DNA of 63,814 bases, the filler included, from Phoronis australis (Eukaryota; Animalia; Phoronida), in the NCBI GenBank assembly GCA_002633005.1. It is 4 parts of 4 records of this genome, joined end to end, with 100 filler letters (N's around TTAATTAATTAA, not from the genome) between each part and the next. Parts side by side here need not be neighbours in the genome. Positions count along the whole stretch, not along the records: positions 1 to 18,183 come from NMRA01001043.1; 3 more parts are not named here. One strand, 5' to 3'. Made by a program: the position numbers and the translations under genes. The notes under the pieces are model-generated. The model was given only the letters and a program-made list of their open reading frames with translations, ran no database searches and was not told the DNA's origin. Below are positions 1 to 12,508 of this stretch, in pieces. Positions within the stretch are counted from its first letter, which is position 1. Each line of letters begins with the position of its first letter.

Positions 1-414
1 ATGAGAAAGGGCGACAGATAGATTTGAGAGGTAGAGCCTAATTGCAGTCACAACAGAGGTGAGAAGTATAGTGAAGGAAATGTTTGTCTACCACACAGAA
101 TTACACATATGAATTGAAAAAAAATTGTTTTGTAAGAGATGCCCATTTCAACTTTTCTGCGCAACACCAGTCCATGAGCTCCACATCCATAATGTTAACC
201 ATTGAAGTCAAAATCTCTGATCCACCACTCATGAAAATGTTCTTTCATATTTCCACAGGGGACAGATAACACAGAGGTCCAACAGGGGCTTTACATAGAC
301 AAAGTTTGCCAATTTTCATGACATCAGTTAAAACTTTATGCCATTCTGACCACACCGTTAGATGACAGTTTGCCATTATATCAATAATAATACTTAAGCA
401 TTCTTTACACTCAC

Positions 415-562
415 CACCACTGCTTTCCTCTGGTATTGTCGCCAGACCCTCGTACTCTGTGTTATGTTGGTAGATCTGAGCCTCAGAGATTCTGTTCTTG
501 AGAATGATCTTGTCCACAGACTCCACTCTGTGTATGATTCCCTCATGGTTGACGTGAAGTGT
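415..562 (-). CDS. Internal exon (probably 5th) of a secreted vitellogenin-N/large lipid transfer protein (LLTP)-like gene; gene continues off the left edge
   Basis: tag|ACA...GGTG|gtgagt. Encodes TLHVNHEGIIHRVESVDKIILKNRISEAQIYQHNTEYEGLATIPEESSG. Its phase-0 start matches the preceding exon (…KNHDK|TLHVNH). Confidence 0.65.
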
Positions 563-1286
563 CTAGTGATACAAAGAATGGAGTTCGGTGACATTTGAGA
601 GTTCTGAGTACGATACAGTTTCACCAGCTGGCATCACAATATGGCTGGCATTGTTATAAGTGGTGGGAAACTGTCTAACCTCACAATGGAGGTCAATGAA
701 TATCACCACAAAGGAAGCACCTATAATACGGTTGGCCAGGAGATAGTCAATGTCATGGGGATAGTATATTTATTTAGACAATTGCTGTTGAGATGAATGC
801 ATCATTCTGGTAGAGATTTGAGGCACATTTTCATATAAACTAGGGGTGTCGGTTTAGGTTAACTGAGTATGCAAAATGTGATGGAAGATCATTCAGTTTT
901 TTGTCTGAAAATACTTTGCACGGTTTGAATAGTGAAGTGATTTTAAAATGTCACTAAAAACAGTATAGAGCATAATTTGGGAAGACTTTTTCCACATGAG
1001 GTAATATATCTATGCATACCTCATTCAACAGATATAAACAGGTATGGACATCAAGCCCACCTGGTCTATAGTCTAAGGTATAACCAAGGAGTGCAGTTGT
1101 ACCCATTCAACTAGCATGTTTGTTTGGTTCGCAGAGCTGATTTCGACTTTCAAGAAAACAAAATTCAGTGGTTTGACAAACCAGTGGATCATCACACCTG
1201 TAGTTGCTATAGAATTAGTGGGTATTTCCAATTATCACAAAAGGTGTCGCTAATGTATGATGTCCAGTCAACAATGCTCAACAAAC

Positions 1287-1433
1287 CTTGTCATGGTTCT
1301 TAATGACATCCGTCTCATTCTTGAGTGATCGTCGTATCCGGACACCATCTCTAGTTTGGTCGACCTCATACGTGTATTCACCGCTTCCGGTGTGATCAAC
1401 TTCACGCTTTTTAAACTTTTTGGTGTCCCTGGG
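1287..1433 (-). CDS. Internal exon (probably 4th) of the LLTP-like gene
   Basis: ttttag|CCC...AAG|gtttgt, 147 nt, phase 0/0. Encodes PRDTKKFKKREVDHTGSGEYTYEVDQTRDGVRIRRSLKNETDVIKNHDK, a different frame from the ORF-track call. The E-x-D-H-x-G…Y-x-V pattern resembles LLT beta-barrel strands. Confidence 0.65.
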
Positions 1434-2999
1434 CTAAAATAAACAAAGTAAATAACTATTTCACGGAAGATAGTTCTACACAAGGCTGTAGTTTAGACAT
1501 GCAAACTCTTATGAGTGAAACTGCGTGTCTGTTAGTTGTTCCTCATTGTCCAAAGTCAGTAAAGCCAAACAATAACAATAGTTACTTACAAGAGTCCTGC
1601 ATTTTGAGAAAAAGTGTACATTGAATTATGTCCACCCATATACAGCTAGTAAGCCATGAGCATTAAAGCAAGGTTGGCAAGCACACATCCCAAAATCAAA
1701 AGCAGAGCAACCTGGTCGGTGTAGCAAGCTCACGCCCAGTGCAGTCCACAGCTAGGTGACAGGTGCCAGGCATTGAACCATTTTTTGGCTATTGGTGTCA
1801 GTCTCAGCAGTATGTCTTCAGCAAATGAAGGCAAAGGTCTAATAGTAGCAGGTCGGCAATGGCTGCGTAACTGATAAGTCAACCTGTGCGAGCATACGAC
1901 CCTAAGGCACGATCAGTGCAAGCTGTCACAACCGTGGCAAGCTTCTCTCCTGGCCGTCGATGCCTTCCAAAGTCTGGTCCTCTGCAGACAGTACCGCGGC
2001 TACCGTAACACCATGCAGCAATCGTCCTCAGCCAGTGGCCAGGTCTGCTCGAACAAATACTCCTGTTATCAAACTTTAGTTAGAGCAGTCCCTGGCTCAG
2101 TTCCCAAAAATCGGTAACTGGCCATTTGTACTCAAAACTGGAGCATTTGATAGACAGAGTTGGAAAGAATTAGACATTGACGACCTCCTAAGGTGTCCCT
2201 ATATACCCATAAGGTAACTAGTAGAAAAGCAGTTTGAGGTTTCAGTCGATGTGAGGCATAATTCACCGAAAAGCTGTCCGGTGTATGAAGCACCTATAGG
2301 AGCTACACTGTCTCTACTGAGCCTGCAAGAGACGGTGGTCACTGTCACACTGTGTAGGCCAGGGTTGAGGTAGGCAATTACATCGCCCTGGCATACAGTG
2401 GCGATAGTACATCCCCACAAAAAGTTACGCATTTCAAAATATAGCAAATAAAATCAAATGAACAAAACAAATAGGAACATGAGGTTACAATTAACACATA
2501 TACAACAAGTCTGGAGACGATTAAGTCAAGATAATTTGAACAAATCAATGAAAAACTGTCGCGGTTTGCTCGAGTTTCTCTTACCGGGTGCCATTTTGAG
2601 GAAGTTACGTGAAATCACGCATGTTGATGAATAAAAAGTCCAAGGAACATAAACCTTAAAAATTTCACCTGATATACTCGGGAACCCAATGGTCGTCCGC
2701 CTAAGCATAAAACCGACTTGCTGTTGTACTCACCGAATTATTCCACTTCAAAGTTATGATCTGAATAGGATTCGATTTAACTCTCACAGATATACCGCAT
2801 TCATCGATTCGGAAGTTTTCTTTAATTTGTGCCGAGTTATTTCAAACTTGCACTGCCTTCGGCAGCCATTTTATTGTGACACCTAAGGTCGTCATATGCT
2901 GCCCCCTTTTGTAAAAACTGAGAAACATGCAGAAAAAGGCCAACGAAGTAATGAAAATTGCAACAGCCTGTTTTTATTGACATAAACTCGATTTGAAGC

Positions 3000-3490
3000 T
3001 TTGATGTTGAGCTCTGCATTGTGGTTTCCAATAAAAGCCAATTGGACAACATTTCAATGCAGTTTAATGGTGAATGCGTGAGGCAAAAATGTTAAGAACC
3101 CAGCGTATCGCATTTGTCTGCGGATTTTTCCTTTGGCCTTCTAGATCCTACTAGTGCCTGGGACAAACAGATACATTGCATAAACAAACCCTGGATCATG
3201 TTTTGTGTCCCGTCGGAAGAAAATTTAAATTCGAAAACATCTTCTGAAAACGCACAAAAAAGTGTATTAGTAAAATCTACTGATTTTTAAGTGATTTTAA
3301 AAAACAATCGGTAAACTCACCGATTCTTGTCTCATTACTTTGATACGTGTCTCTTCCGATAAGTTAGTACCTAACGTGCACACGAGCACTCCAAATTGGA
3401 ACGCTAAGTCCCGCGTGGTTGCGTTGCACGCGAAACAAGATGGCGGACGACCTTTGGAGCCTGACGACAATAGGTAACCGGACTATACCT
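3000..3490 (+). repeat. Dispersed non-autonomous element, copy 1 (inverted copy at ~50808-51290)
   Basis: 3365-3490 (gttagtacctaacgtgcacacgagcactccaaattggaacgctaagtcccgcgtgg…ccggactatac) is nearly the exact reverse complement of 50810-50936. Similarity extends to ~3000/51290. Confidence 0.85.
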
Positions 3491-4689
3491 TCACATGCTA
3501 TTTTGCAAGTGTCACGCGCTAGCGTCGCGCGCTTCGCTCAGTCTCGCGCTAGCCTTTGCCTAACTCGCGTGACCCAGATGACATACTTGTGGTTATCGCG
3601 TGCATAGTGAAAAAGTTAACAGCAACCAAAAAAAGTGGAGTTGGAATTCTTTGCCAAAGTCAACTTAATTCACACAACTAAGCTTCATCGAAGAACGCTT
3701 TTTTAAATGATAGTTTTAAAGTGTGGAATGTATTTTTGACGAGGTGAAAACTCAAAAACGGTAACCCAAATCCGGTCACCGCCCTTTTAAACTACATGTA
3801 ACGAAATGCGTACAGAAAGCGAATTGTAACCCCTAAATTGCCAACCGAGGGGCTACCTGTTGGTCAGGACCAGTTGCCTAGGCTAGAGTTGAGGTTGAGT
3901 GTTTTTACCCACTTTCAACGCCGACCAGAAAACAGACAAGCCAAGGGGTGGTGTAGAGTGCAAAAAATAGTTTCGCTCAATTCCTCGCAGATACTCATTC
4001 TGTAAAAAGTTCCCATCACAGCCGACAAGTGATTGATGTGCTGCCTTTACCAAGTGCAATGCGTATTTTCAAAACAGGAAGATCACCAGCATTCTTTCTA
4101 ACTTTTTCACCGGAGAGTTCTTAGTGATCTTGTATTCGGCCAGCGCTCTTCTCAAAATTTATTTACTTGCCTGTTAAAAAGCTTACCGGTTTGTGTGCAA
4201 TGAGCAGACTTGTGATGGCCTTTTTGAGCATGGAGACCTCATCGTGTTCTTCGGGATGAACATGGACGAACTCGATCAAACCATAAGGTGTCAGCTCGAA
4301 CATAAACCTAAAATATCAAAAATGCGCAACGTCAGAACAGCTAGAGTCTATCTTCGTTTACTTATGTTGCTAGAGACTAGACGCGTTTTTTACACGAATT
4401 TTTTTACTACGATCCCAAATCTCAGGAAAAAGATATTCACTATGATCATGAGGGTATCGTGATGCTAATAATATACTATAGGCCTAATATGGACCACTGG
4501 CTGAGCTCACCCGGTTACAAAATCGGTTGTGTTTTGTTCCTCGGACATATTCAGATTAGAAATTATTTTTTCTTGACTTGACAAGAAATGAAATTAAACA
4601 TCGCCATGGTTTCACATCAGACTAGTACATTTTTTTACAGTTAGAGATTGGGGGACTATACAGTCAGCTCTTACATCTGCATCAGTGTT

Positions 4690-4850
4690 GGGAATGTGGA
4701 CCTTTTATAACGAGGTACTGACGTTGAGAGCTGTGACTTGTGTGTTCGCCGATTTTCGTAGTTCCTGCCTTTTAAGTGGACTGTTTTGTCTACAGGCAGA
4801 CTTTTTTTGCCCACTTCAACNGCGGCGGGGGGGGGACTCGGCATCACGGC
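4690..4850 (+). repeat. Dispersed repeat family (copies at ~20487-20700 +, ~38800-39040 -, partial ~12069-12130 -)
   Basis: Shared motifs aatgtggacc…agagct(a/g)(c/t)ga…ttgtgtgttcgccgatttt(c/g)gtagttcctg…aggc(a/g)gac…ttttgcccactt. The end motif tcgagcc(c/t)ccca is shared by the 12.1, 20.5 and 39.0 kb copies. Confidence 0.75.
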
Positions 4851-5899
4851 ATCCAGAGATAGTTTCGTTTCTGGTCCGTACCTCTACTAAGTCTTGAGAT
4901 CAACGCCGGGACATTGATTTTAAAAAATCCTGCGCGAATAAATTTGTCAAAGCTTCGTGTGTTGCGCAGATCAGGAGACACGTAAGGAAGAGGAAGTTCG
5001 ACACGCCATGTTCGCAAAGCGATGAACAAATGAATAAATAAATAAATAAATACCGCATCATTTCTGCTCCTCCAGATGGGTATCAGTTTTCAAGAAGTGA
5101 GTAACCTGCATGAAAATACCGCACCACAGACTATCATTTTTGGCCTTATAAGACAATTGTTTGCAAAGTTGGCGCAGCGAAAAAAATTCAATTTCAAATG
5201 GAACATAAACAAGAGTATCACTTTTTAATTTATGGCCGCCTCGATAAGAAGTATGTGTATTCTTTCAAGAAATTTCCCTCAATGTGCAAGCCACGCCTTA
5301 CTCACTGTGCAAGCCACACCTTAATTGCTTAATCTGGCATTATTCATGCTTATTCTAAGTGCGTGCGCCTTATCCAAAACAATTTATTGAAGACAAATAT
5401 CGCTACTACACTCGTCAACTCAACGAATCGTGATAGGTCTATCAAGAAATTAGATTTAAACTCGGAGAGTTGTGGCGCCATGCCAGCGTCTGCGAATTTA
5501 TTGGTGTTGCCAAAAATCCTGACAAAAGTGTTGTGAGTTTTATGAATACGTTTTGGCCCCACATTAAATGGATACTTTCTGCATAAGATCATCAGGGCAT
5601 CACAAAAGTTTGTAACTGCGCCCCTTGTAGTAGTATTATTTTGTTAGAAAATACGTTTGAGCCTATGATCTCCATTTTTTAAAAACGCCTTAAAACGGTT
5701 TTTAACGCATTAGTCATTGAGTCAAAACTTATGCCCAAATCATGATCAATCAACATAATTCAAAATATTTTTAAACAGTATTGTTAAATACAGTTAAAGT
5801 ATGTTTTTTGCTTAATTTTTATTTCAGTGGTGCCCCACAATCTAAAATGGACTGACGCATCAGTGAAGGTCAGCTAACTCGTGCATCGTTTGTAATCGG

Positions 5900-6000
5900 G
5901 GTAGAGTTTAGGACCTACGCTAGGATCTTGGTAAAAAGCAACACTTCGCGATATTACGCGAAATATCGCCGTGTATTTTAAATTAGAACGCGTGATTCTT
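5900..6000 (+). repeat. MITE-like family with taggacctacgctag-type termini (relatives at ~7400-7470 and ~16565-16690)
   Basis: cttcgcgatattacgcgaaatatcgccgtgtattttaaattagaacgcgtga (5944-5996) matches cttcacgagattacgtgagatattgccgtgtattttaaatgagaacacgtga (16596-16646). The inverted motif ctagcgtaggtccta is at 16664. Confidence 0.65.
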
Positions 6001-6580
6001 TATAATAGTGATATCTTTCGACTAACGAAACTCATCTTGTATTCTAAATTGATAAATGTAAAGACAAGTGTTTCTTTAATAAATAATCATGAGTAAATGA
6101 AAGTGATAAGTTACTTACGCTTTCGATAAGTCCCATTTATCAGGATTTGTAACCACTGTGAAAATAAAAGTTGTTCTTTAATAAACCAACACAGATATGG
6201 TATCAATTATCAAGAAAAATTGATAAACAACAGGCTGTGTTATTTTGGTAACAGAGCAAATGAACTGGATCTCCGAAGTCACAGTCGTTGTTTCATATGT
6301 TAACAAGATGTCACAAACCAAAATTGACTTATCGAGGAAAAATCATTCAGTGTTGCCACAATTGGAATTATTTCGGGAAATAACTAACGCAGTGAAAACC
6401 AAGTTATTTTATCAAGCAAATAATTTGCGTCTCATTTAAAATTATAACAGCTCACGGATATCTTTCCCCGGCAGGCTCTGTGAAACACTGTCCACATGAA
6501 GTGAATTCAGCGTGCCACTAATTTCATCAATGTTCTCTTGGTGGCGAATTCGTAACTGAAATATATGAATAAATGACTAC

Positions 6581-6656
6581 CACTGTCTGTATTCTCAGCC
6601 TTGCGGATAAAACAACGACTTTTTTCAAGTTCAACATATATTCCCATCTTGCATAC
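6581..6656 (-). CDS. Candidate exon 3 of the LLTP-like gene (possibly damaged)
   Basis: Pyrimidine tract + ctacag|G TAT…ACA GTG|gtagtc. Encodes YARWEYMLNLKKVVVLSARLRIQTV, resembling the LLT 'lniKKG..sllSarl' helix. Its phase-0 end fits the exon at 1433. Confidence 0.45.
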
Positions 6657-7260
6657 CTGTAGCAGAATGGAAAACAATAAAATAAAATACAGTCAAATAA
6701 AACATTTTTCAATCAAGAGTCTGTAAATCGTACATGTACCGATTGTCCATCAAATGTTTCAATGTAAAATATGATGCAGACCTGAAAATACGAGAGCAAG
6801 AGATAACAATGGAACGGAAAAAATTGAAATGGAGAAGAAAGGGAGGGGGGCTGTAGAACACAACGTGTTAAATCTCATCGCAAAATTAAGTTAAAAATTT
6901 GACTAAGCTGAATTGACTGCTTTGTGTTATGAGAATGAAAATAAAAGAGGTTGCCTTCGTAGAGAGATTTATACGTAGTTTGTAACTTAGCGGATATGTA
7001 CTACAATAACTGGACACCCTGAGCTCACTGAGTTATTCGGTTCACGTTTACTATCACGTTCAGGTTAACATTTACCTGTTGCGAAACCCATTTTTCTTAC
7101 CGTAACGTGAATCGGCACGTGCAATTATAGGCCTATATGCGTTCAGGTCGCTTTGCGAAACCTCTCTCAGGTTTACGTCTAAGCCAACAATGACATGTAT
7201 GACGGGGTATTAAATGCATAAAACATCGCGTTCAAGTCGCTTTGCAAAACCTCTCTATTA

Positions 7261-7400
7261 CATGGGCAGTGCACCCTAGGGGGCTGCATAGCCCCCACTT
7301 TTTTCAGTTCTGGGCCGCGAATAGTCTATGGCCGGTGCAAAACAGGGGGCTGGAGGGGCTACAGCCTCCCTCCACTTTTTTCAGTGCTGCGCCGCCCATG
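7261..7400. mobile_element. GC-rich MITE (PIF/Harbinger-like non-autonomous element)
   Basis: Terminal inverted repeats catgggcagtgca … tgcgccgcccatg, with internal ggggctgcatagcccc/ggggctacagcc hairpins. A related copy lies at 53761-53833. Confidence 0.65.
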
Positions 7401-8141
7401 ATACATCGCGCGTAATCTCACAGTCTTGCTTTTCTAGCTAGGTCCTATCGCTACTGAACTCTACGCAGCACTACAGAAAGGGTAATAATTCTACTGCATA
7501 GCGCGAATTCAATAGTCTATTGAAAATGATCGTGGAACAGTCAGAATAGAATAAGTGACAATTAACTCAAGCAACGTCAATGACTTAGCATACATATAAG
7601 TATTGACTTTTGAACGTAGTTTCGTGTGGCTTGGGTCGGGTCACAGTTTGCATTGGATGTTTCCATAAAGGAACACATATTTTCGCCAAAGGATGGGTGG
7701 CAAATATGATCGAGCAGTTTTGAATACAGGAGCCGTGTACTGGTATGAGGACGTAGTTTCCGATAATTATAGCAAATAAATTGGATTTGCAAATGCAGAT
7801 CAAAGTTGATAATTTCGGCAACGTTGTCAAGAGTACACAGGGTTAAAGAAATAGGGTTTACGTTGCACCAAACAAGGTTCGCTAGATTTGTTCGTCTTGC
7901 GTTTACACACGTGAACCTGGGGCACTTTTTCAATCCACTCCAAACGTTAAAACGCAATCGTCTGGTGACAAACTCCATTCAAAATAATCCTCAAAAACAA
8001 TAGAAATGGCCACTAGGTTTCGTGCACTACGTCAACTTTATTTTGTAATAGTAATTTGCTCAATCTAATTAAAAACAGTGCAGGAATTCTAAAGATACAA
8101 TTAAATAAAAATAAAAAACACAAAACTTCCACTAAGCGCAC

Positions 8142-8226
8142 AGCGTTGGTTGAGATCTGTCCAAATGTCATCATTCCTTGTCGACTTCATATAGATACAC
8201 CTAAGGCTACAAAGTGAACAAAGATC
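8142..8226 (-). CDS. Tentative exon 2 of the LLTP-like gene
   Basis: ctgcag|GAT…; encodes DLCSLCSLRCIYMKSTRNDDIWTDLNQR. The phase-0 start fits exon 1, but no canonical donor gives an in-frame join to 6656. Confidence 0.3.
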
Positions 8227-9408
8227 CTGCAGAGGGTTGAGTAGATAAGGCCATGGACGACAAAATGTCACTTGAGTAGTTACGGTTCTCGAAACTGTTC
8301 GAAAATATTGTATGAACACAGATGTTAATTTTCATAGTCACCTTTAAAATGTTTTGACAGATCTAGAGGATCAGACGCAAAAAAAGACTCGAAAACAATA
8401 TTATGTGGCACAAAAGACATCAAGTCCATTCCAAAACTTAAAGGTGGAGTCATATTCCTAATACATACTTATTAGTCAAATGTCGTGCAAATTTGTTAAG
8501 GAACTCTATAGATACAGAGGCAAATGTTAAAAAACAAAATCGCCACTGGGGGACACACCGGTACTGAATGGGATCCGTGCGAAAATTCACACGTGCTGCC
8601 CCATCCTTTTACGTATCATTTCCGCAAAATTCATGAGCATAGTTACGTGACAATGTTTTGCAGACAGCCGCGGACGCCGGCTGGACGCACAGAGATGGCA
8701 GCATCAAGACTAAGGAACTACTTTAAACTAAGATATTGTAGTGTATCTTAATGAGAATAAGTGTTTTGGGCTAGAGTTTAACGAGATCCTGGCGTAAGTC
8801 CTGGCGTTACTGATTTCAACCCAGGGTTAGAGCCGGTTTAAAGATGGGCTTAGGCGTTCTGAGAGCGAGTTTGATGTGTCATGCCGCTATAACAAGTCAG
8901 TGACACTATCATGAAAACGCACCATTCATTCGATGGTTGATGTATCACCACGAGAATAGTTACGCGTCAGGTCAAATGCCCACTTGCGATGTTGATACAA
9001 GATTGTCGCGCTGGAAGTTTTTGCGCAGAGATTGCACGTTGCTTGTAATGCTAGATGAGATGTTGAGTGAAGTTGTCATGACAACGGAACACACGCCTGG
9101 TTTTCCAACTGAGCAGGGGAAGTGGGCCAAAATTGTCATCTCGTTGCATAACACACGTGGAAACCAGCACAAGGTCCTATGAACCTCATATCAATTTGTG
9201 CTGTGCAGTAACAGGTTAGCACCGTGACGACAAGAGAAATTGAATAGAAATACCCTTTTCTTTCACTCGTACAATAAGCCTAGTTATACCTTATTTATAT
9301 ATTATTTATACCTTATTAAACTGCCTTAATATTGTGTTGTCAGTTTACTAAGTCAGAACTTAAACAATTGTGAACAATGAGTTGGTTATGGCTCATTGAT
9401 GTGAAGGT

Positions 9409-9501
9409 CAGCCCAGCCCAGCCCAGCCCAGCCCAGCCCAGCCCAGCCCAGCCCAGCCCAGCCCAGCCCAGCCCAGCACAGCACAGCACAGCACAGCCCA
9501 G
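9409..9501 (+). repeat. Pentanucleotide microsatellite (CAGCC)n grading into (CAGCA)n
   Basis: Directly visible tandem array; it explains the PSPAQ repeats in ORF 9377..9589. Confidence 0.95.
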
Positions 9502-10733
9502 TTCAGTGTTTCACTTCTGTCGCTGTAACTTTGTTGCTGCACCATCATACTGCAAACTTAAAATTCATGTGTTGAACTCAGTTTTTTAGAATAAGCTTTC
9601 ATACTGGAAAGCTATTATTTGCAACAGTTTGGCTAATCTGGTTCATGCTAGAATTCATTTTATGCGGATAAAGTATATACTTTAGTGTTGCATACATCTA
9701 TTAGCGCTGGGGTTTGCTCGTTTCTTCGAAGTCATTTTTTGACTTCAAAACTGCGCTTATTTAAAACCCGGCGCTTATTCAACAAGGACAGTTTTGAAGA
9801 CTGTCGTTCACTTATTGTTGGCCGTTGTTTCCAACTGCATGGCATGTTTGCTAGTTGTTAGAAATAAATATTATTTTCACCAGTGTTCGTTTAATTGACC
9901 ACCGTACGCAGACGATTGTGTCCCTGCTTTCTGTGTGTTATACACGTTTTTAAAACAAACATTATGTCAGTCGTCATTTTTAGCGCTTGGATGCATCTAT
10001 TCATTAATGTCACTCATGTTGGAAAGTAAGCAATTTTTACTTAGATTCTTGATTCTAATGTTGAAGACCTGTGCTGACTTAGTTCTGCAATGTTACTCAT
10101 GTACAGAGCACGATCGTTAATTTTTACATAAATATCATTTAAAATATTTTGTGAATGAATAGTTCTATATTACTTTGGTATTTTTGCGCTACAAACATTC
10201 GTGTATTGCATATCTACGTGTCTACGCAGATGAAAATCAGTAAAGGGTTCTTAAAGTCCCCGGTTTCCAACGGCTCTACAGTGTCTTCTGTCCCGGGCTT
10301 CAATCCGGAGTCCAGCAAGTTCCGTAGTTAAGAGGTTGACAAAGTGAGAAATGGCGACATTTTGTAAACACACGTAAAATGCCGCAGGTTGACCATATCA
10401 TAAGATCATTGAAAATGAAAAGTAGATATTCTTTTAATCCGTATATTCCTCTCGTTTTAGGGATTAGACGAGACACTAAATCTGAGCTTCCCCATCTCAC
10501 GATTAGATTCTGCGAATCTAATCGTCTGGATATTGCATTGTGAAAGAAATGGGTTCAAAGGAAAAGAAACCCAAAGTACAACAACAGTACTCTGCGCTTG
10601 CACGCGCAGCGTAATAACTGAGCGTACTACCCTCTCTTCGTGAGGTGACGTCATGCTGCTTCTAATGCAACTGATTGAAGGCACGTGACATTAGACATCT
10701 ACGGAGTATGTTTCAAATAATCCAATCACTTAC

Positions 10734-10901
10734 CTTGATTATATGTGTTAAGTTCTGTGCGCCAAGGATGTCAGAATCTGACCTGTACGTGTAGTGATAA
10801 TCTATCCCAGGTAAAAACCTCACGTCAGGTGACGATAAAACACCGCCTTCCACATCAACGAGTAGAAAAAACATCGTACTAATTACGACCATCAAATTCA
10901 T
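10734..10901 (-). CDS. First coding exon of the secreted LLTP/vitellogenin-N-like gene
   Basis: ATG at 10901; encodes MNLMVVISTMFFLLVDVEGGVLSSPDVRFLPGIDYHYTYRSDSDILGAQNLTHIIK, then AAG|gtaagt. A hydrophobic signal peptide is followed by the F-x-P-G-x-x-Y-x-Y-x-Y motif typical of Vitellogenin_N/LPD_N starts. Confidence 0.7.
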
Positions 10902-11599
10902 GTTAAATTGATGATCACCAAAACTAAATATTACGTCACAATAACACTCCTGGTTAGCACATCTCAACGCCCATAATGTAATTCCCAACAGGAGACGGTC
11001 AGCCGCTCCAGTGGGCAGGTTTTTTACAGGACCTGGTTCAGCATAGTCCACTATTGTTAACATTGTAAGGGTGACCATGTATACCAAGCACAAGGACAAT
11101 GGGTGGATGAAAAGAGTCTTGTTTATGCACTGGGACCCATACTCGCTAACTAAGATGTGTAAGCTAACGGTGAATTCAGTAGTTCCTTAATTTTGGATGG
11201 AAATTAGACAAAAAGAACACTTGAGTCTTGTGGCGACTTACTCCAAAACCCCTTGAGTTAGTGTCTCGTTCAAAACACAACTCAAAGTCATCTTATTGCG
11301 TCACTTTAGTGTAAGGTTAGCTTAAATTGCATTGAGAAGCCATCAGAACTTAACATCACTTTATCTCATAAGTGTTGTCACGATGTGTGATTAATCAAGA
11401 GCATTCACAAAATTGTTGAATTTGTCATTGATTATATCAATATTAATAAGACTGTTGTTGAGTTTGATATTATCATTACTATGAATATTATTGTTATCGT
11501 TATTGTTTTATTACCGTCGTTTTTCAGAACACACTATTATGTTACTGTTATGAAAGTGTTGTTATTTTTGTTTTGATGATTATTATTATACTCGACACG

Positions 11600-11990
11600 G
11601 AGTCTCTTATGCCATGTAGGCGGGACACTGATGCCCAGCTGTCGGAGGCAGCGCAGCGGAGGCCCGGTACGCCACATATAGGAGACATGAACGCAGCTGC
11701 CGGAGCTAGGCAGCACGGCCGAGGCCCATAAGAGTACACGCAGGCGGGAAAGGCCAAGCTGCCGAAGGTAGTGCGGCCTCGTAAAAGGAACAGGCCAGGA
11801 AGCTGTGGCAGAAGGAACTGTCGTTACCCGTAAGCCACGTAGGCAGAGATATAGCGGCTGAGGCGCGTAGGCCTAAAAGCCACGTAGGCGAGCTGCCGAA
11901 GGGGCGCCGTGCCGTGCTTGCGCTGCCTTCGGCAGCTTGGCTGTGCCCGCGTAAGTGCTACGCCGTACCGTGCCTGCCCTGCCTTCCACT
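11600..11990. repeat. GC-rich, internally palindromic repeat insertion (probably MITE-derived)
   Basis: Abrupt GC rise in AT-rich flanks; recurrent gctgccgaagg, agccacgtaggc and the palindrome gctgccttcggcagc. Confidence 0.55.
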
Positions 11991-12187
11991 AAATAGGCAC
12001 AGTTCAACGTTTCTTTTTTGTTTTTTTTTTAGTGCATCCGCTTTTTTGTTAGTAAAATTTGTCACAGTAAAAGGTCCACATGGTCAGAAATTCGAGCCTC
12101 CCATATTAAATGCTGAGCGCCCGTGTGCAAGGTGTTGGTGATCTGTTAAGAGGTCTTTCTGTGTGAATTTAAACAAAGGTTGAAGGA

Positions 12188-12508
12188 TTGTGCATTCTAA
12201 GAATAAGAAAGTCCAGTAAAGTCGATTTCTGTATAGCGCAATACTTAGACGTGATAGAAACTGCAAATCTTGGAAAATTCGTAATTAAAATTAGATGGTC
12301 CAGTCATTGTTTAAAAATTGAAACAGGAAGGGGTAAAATTTATAGGGAACTGAGAAACTGTGTGATTTGCCAAAAGTTTGGCATTTCTGTAATTGAGGAC
12401 AAGTTCCATTTTATCACAAACTGCATTCTATATGATACGATTTGCGAGATAAGTTTATTCCTGGATTCAAAAATTGCTCATAATCTACATTCATTAGACT
12501 AATGCAAG
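12188..12508 (+). mobile_element. 3' part of an older CR1/L2-group LINE ORF2, interrupted by the younger LINE; resumes at ~16143-16335
   Basis: KIRWSSHCLKIETGR…RNCVICQ…IEDKFHFITNCILY matches the C-terminal CCHC-type region of these LINEs. The tail aataaagtttattcttcttc lies at ~16315-16334. Confidence 0.75.

Noticed and set aside
1268-1483. ORF-track frame PGTPKSLKS…GYDDHSRMRR
   Set aside because: The alternative frame fits the splice phases at both ends and joins the next exon sensibly.
9377-9589. ORF with PSPAQ repeats
   Set aside because: Translation of the (CAGCC)n microsatellite.
12069-12130. 'KFEPP' peptide as DNAJC19 GGFEPKM exon
   Set aside because: Wrong strand, and it is part of a dispersed repeat end.
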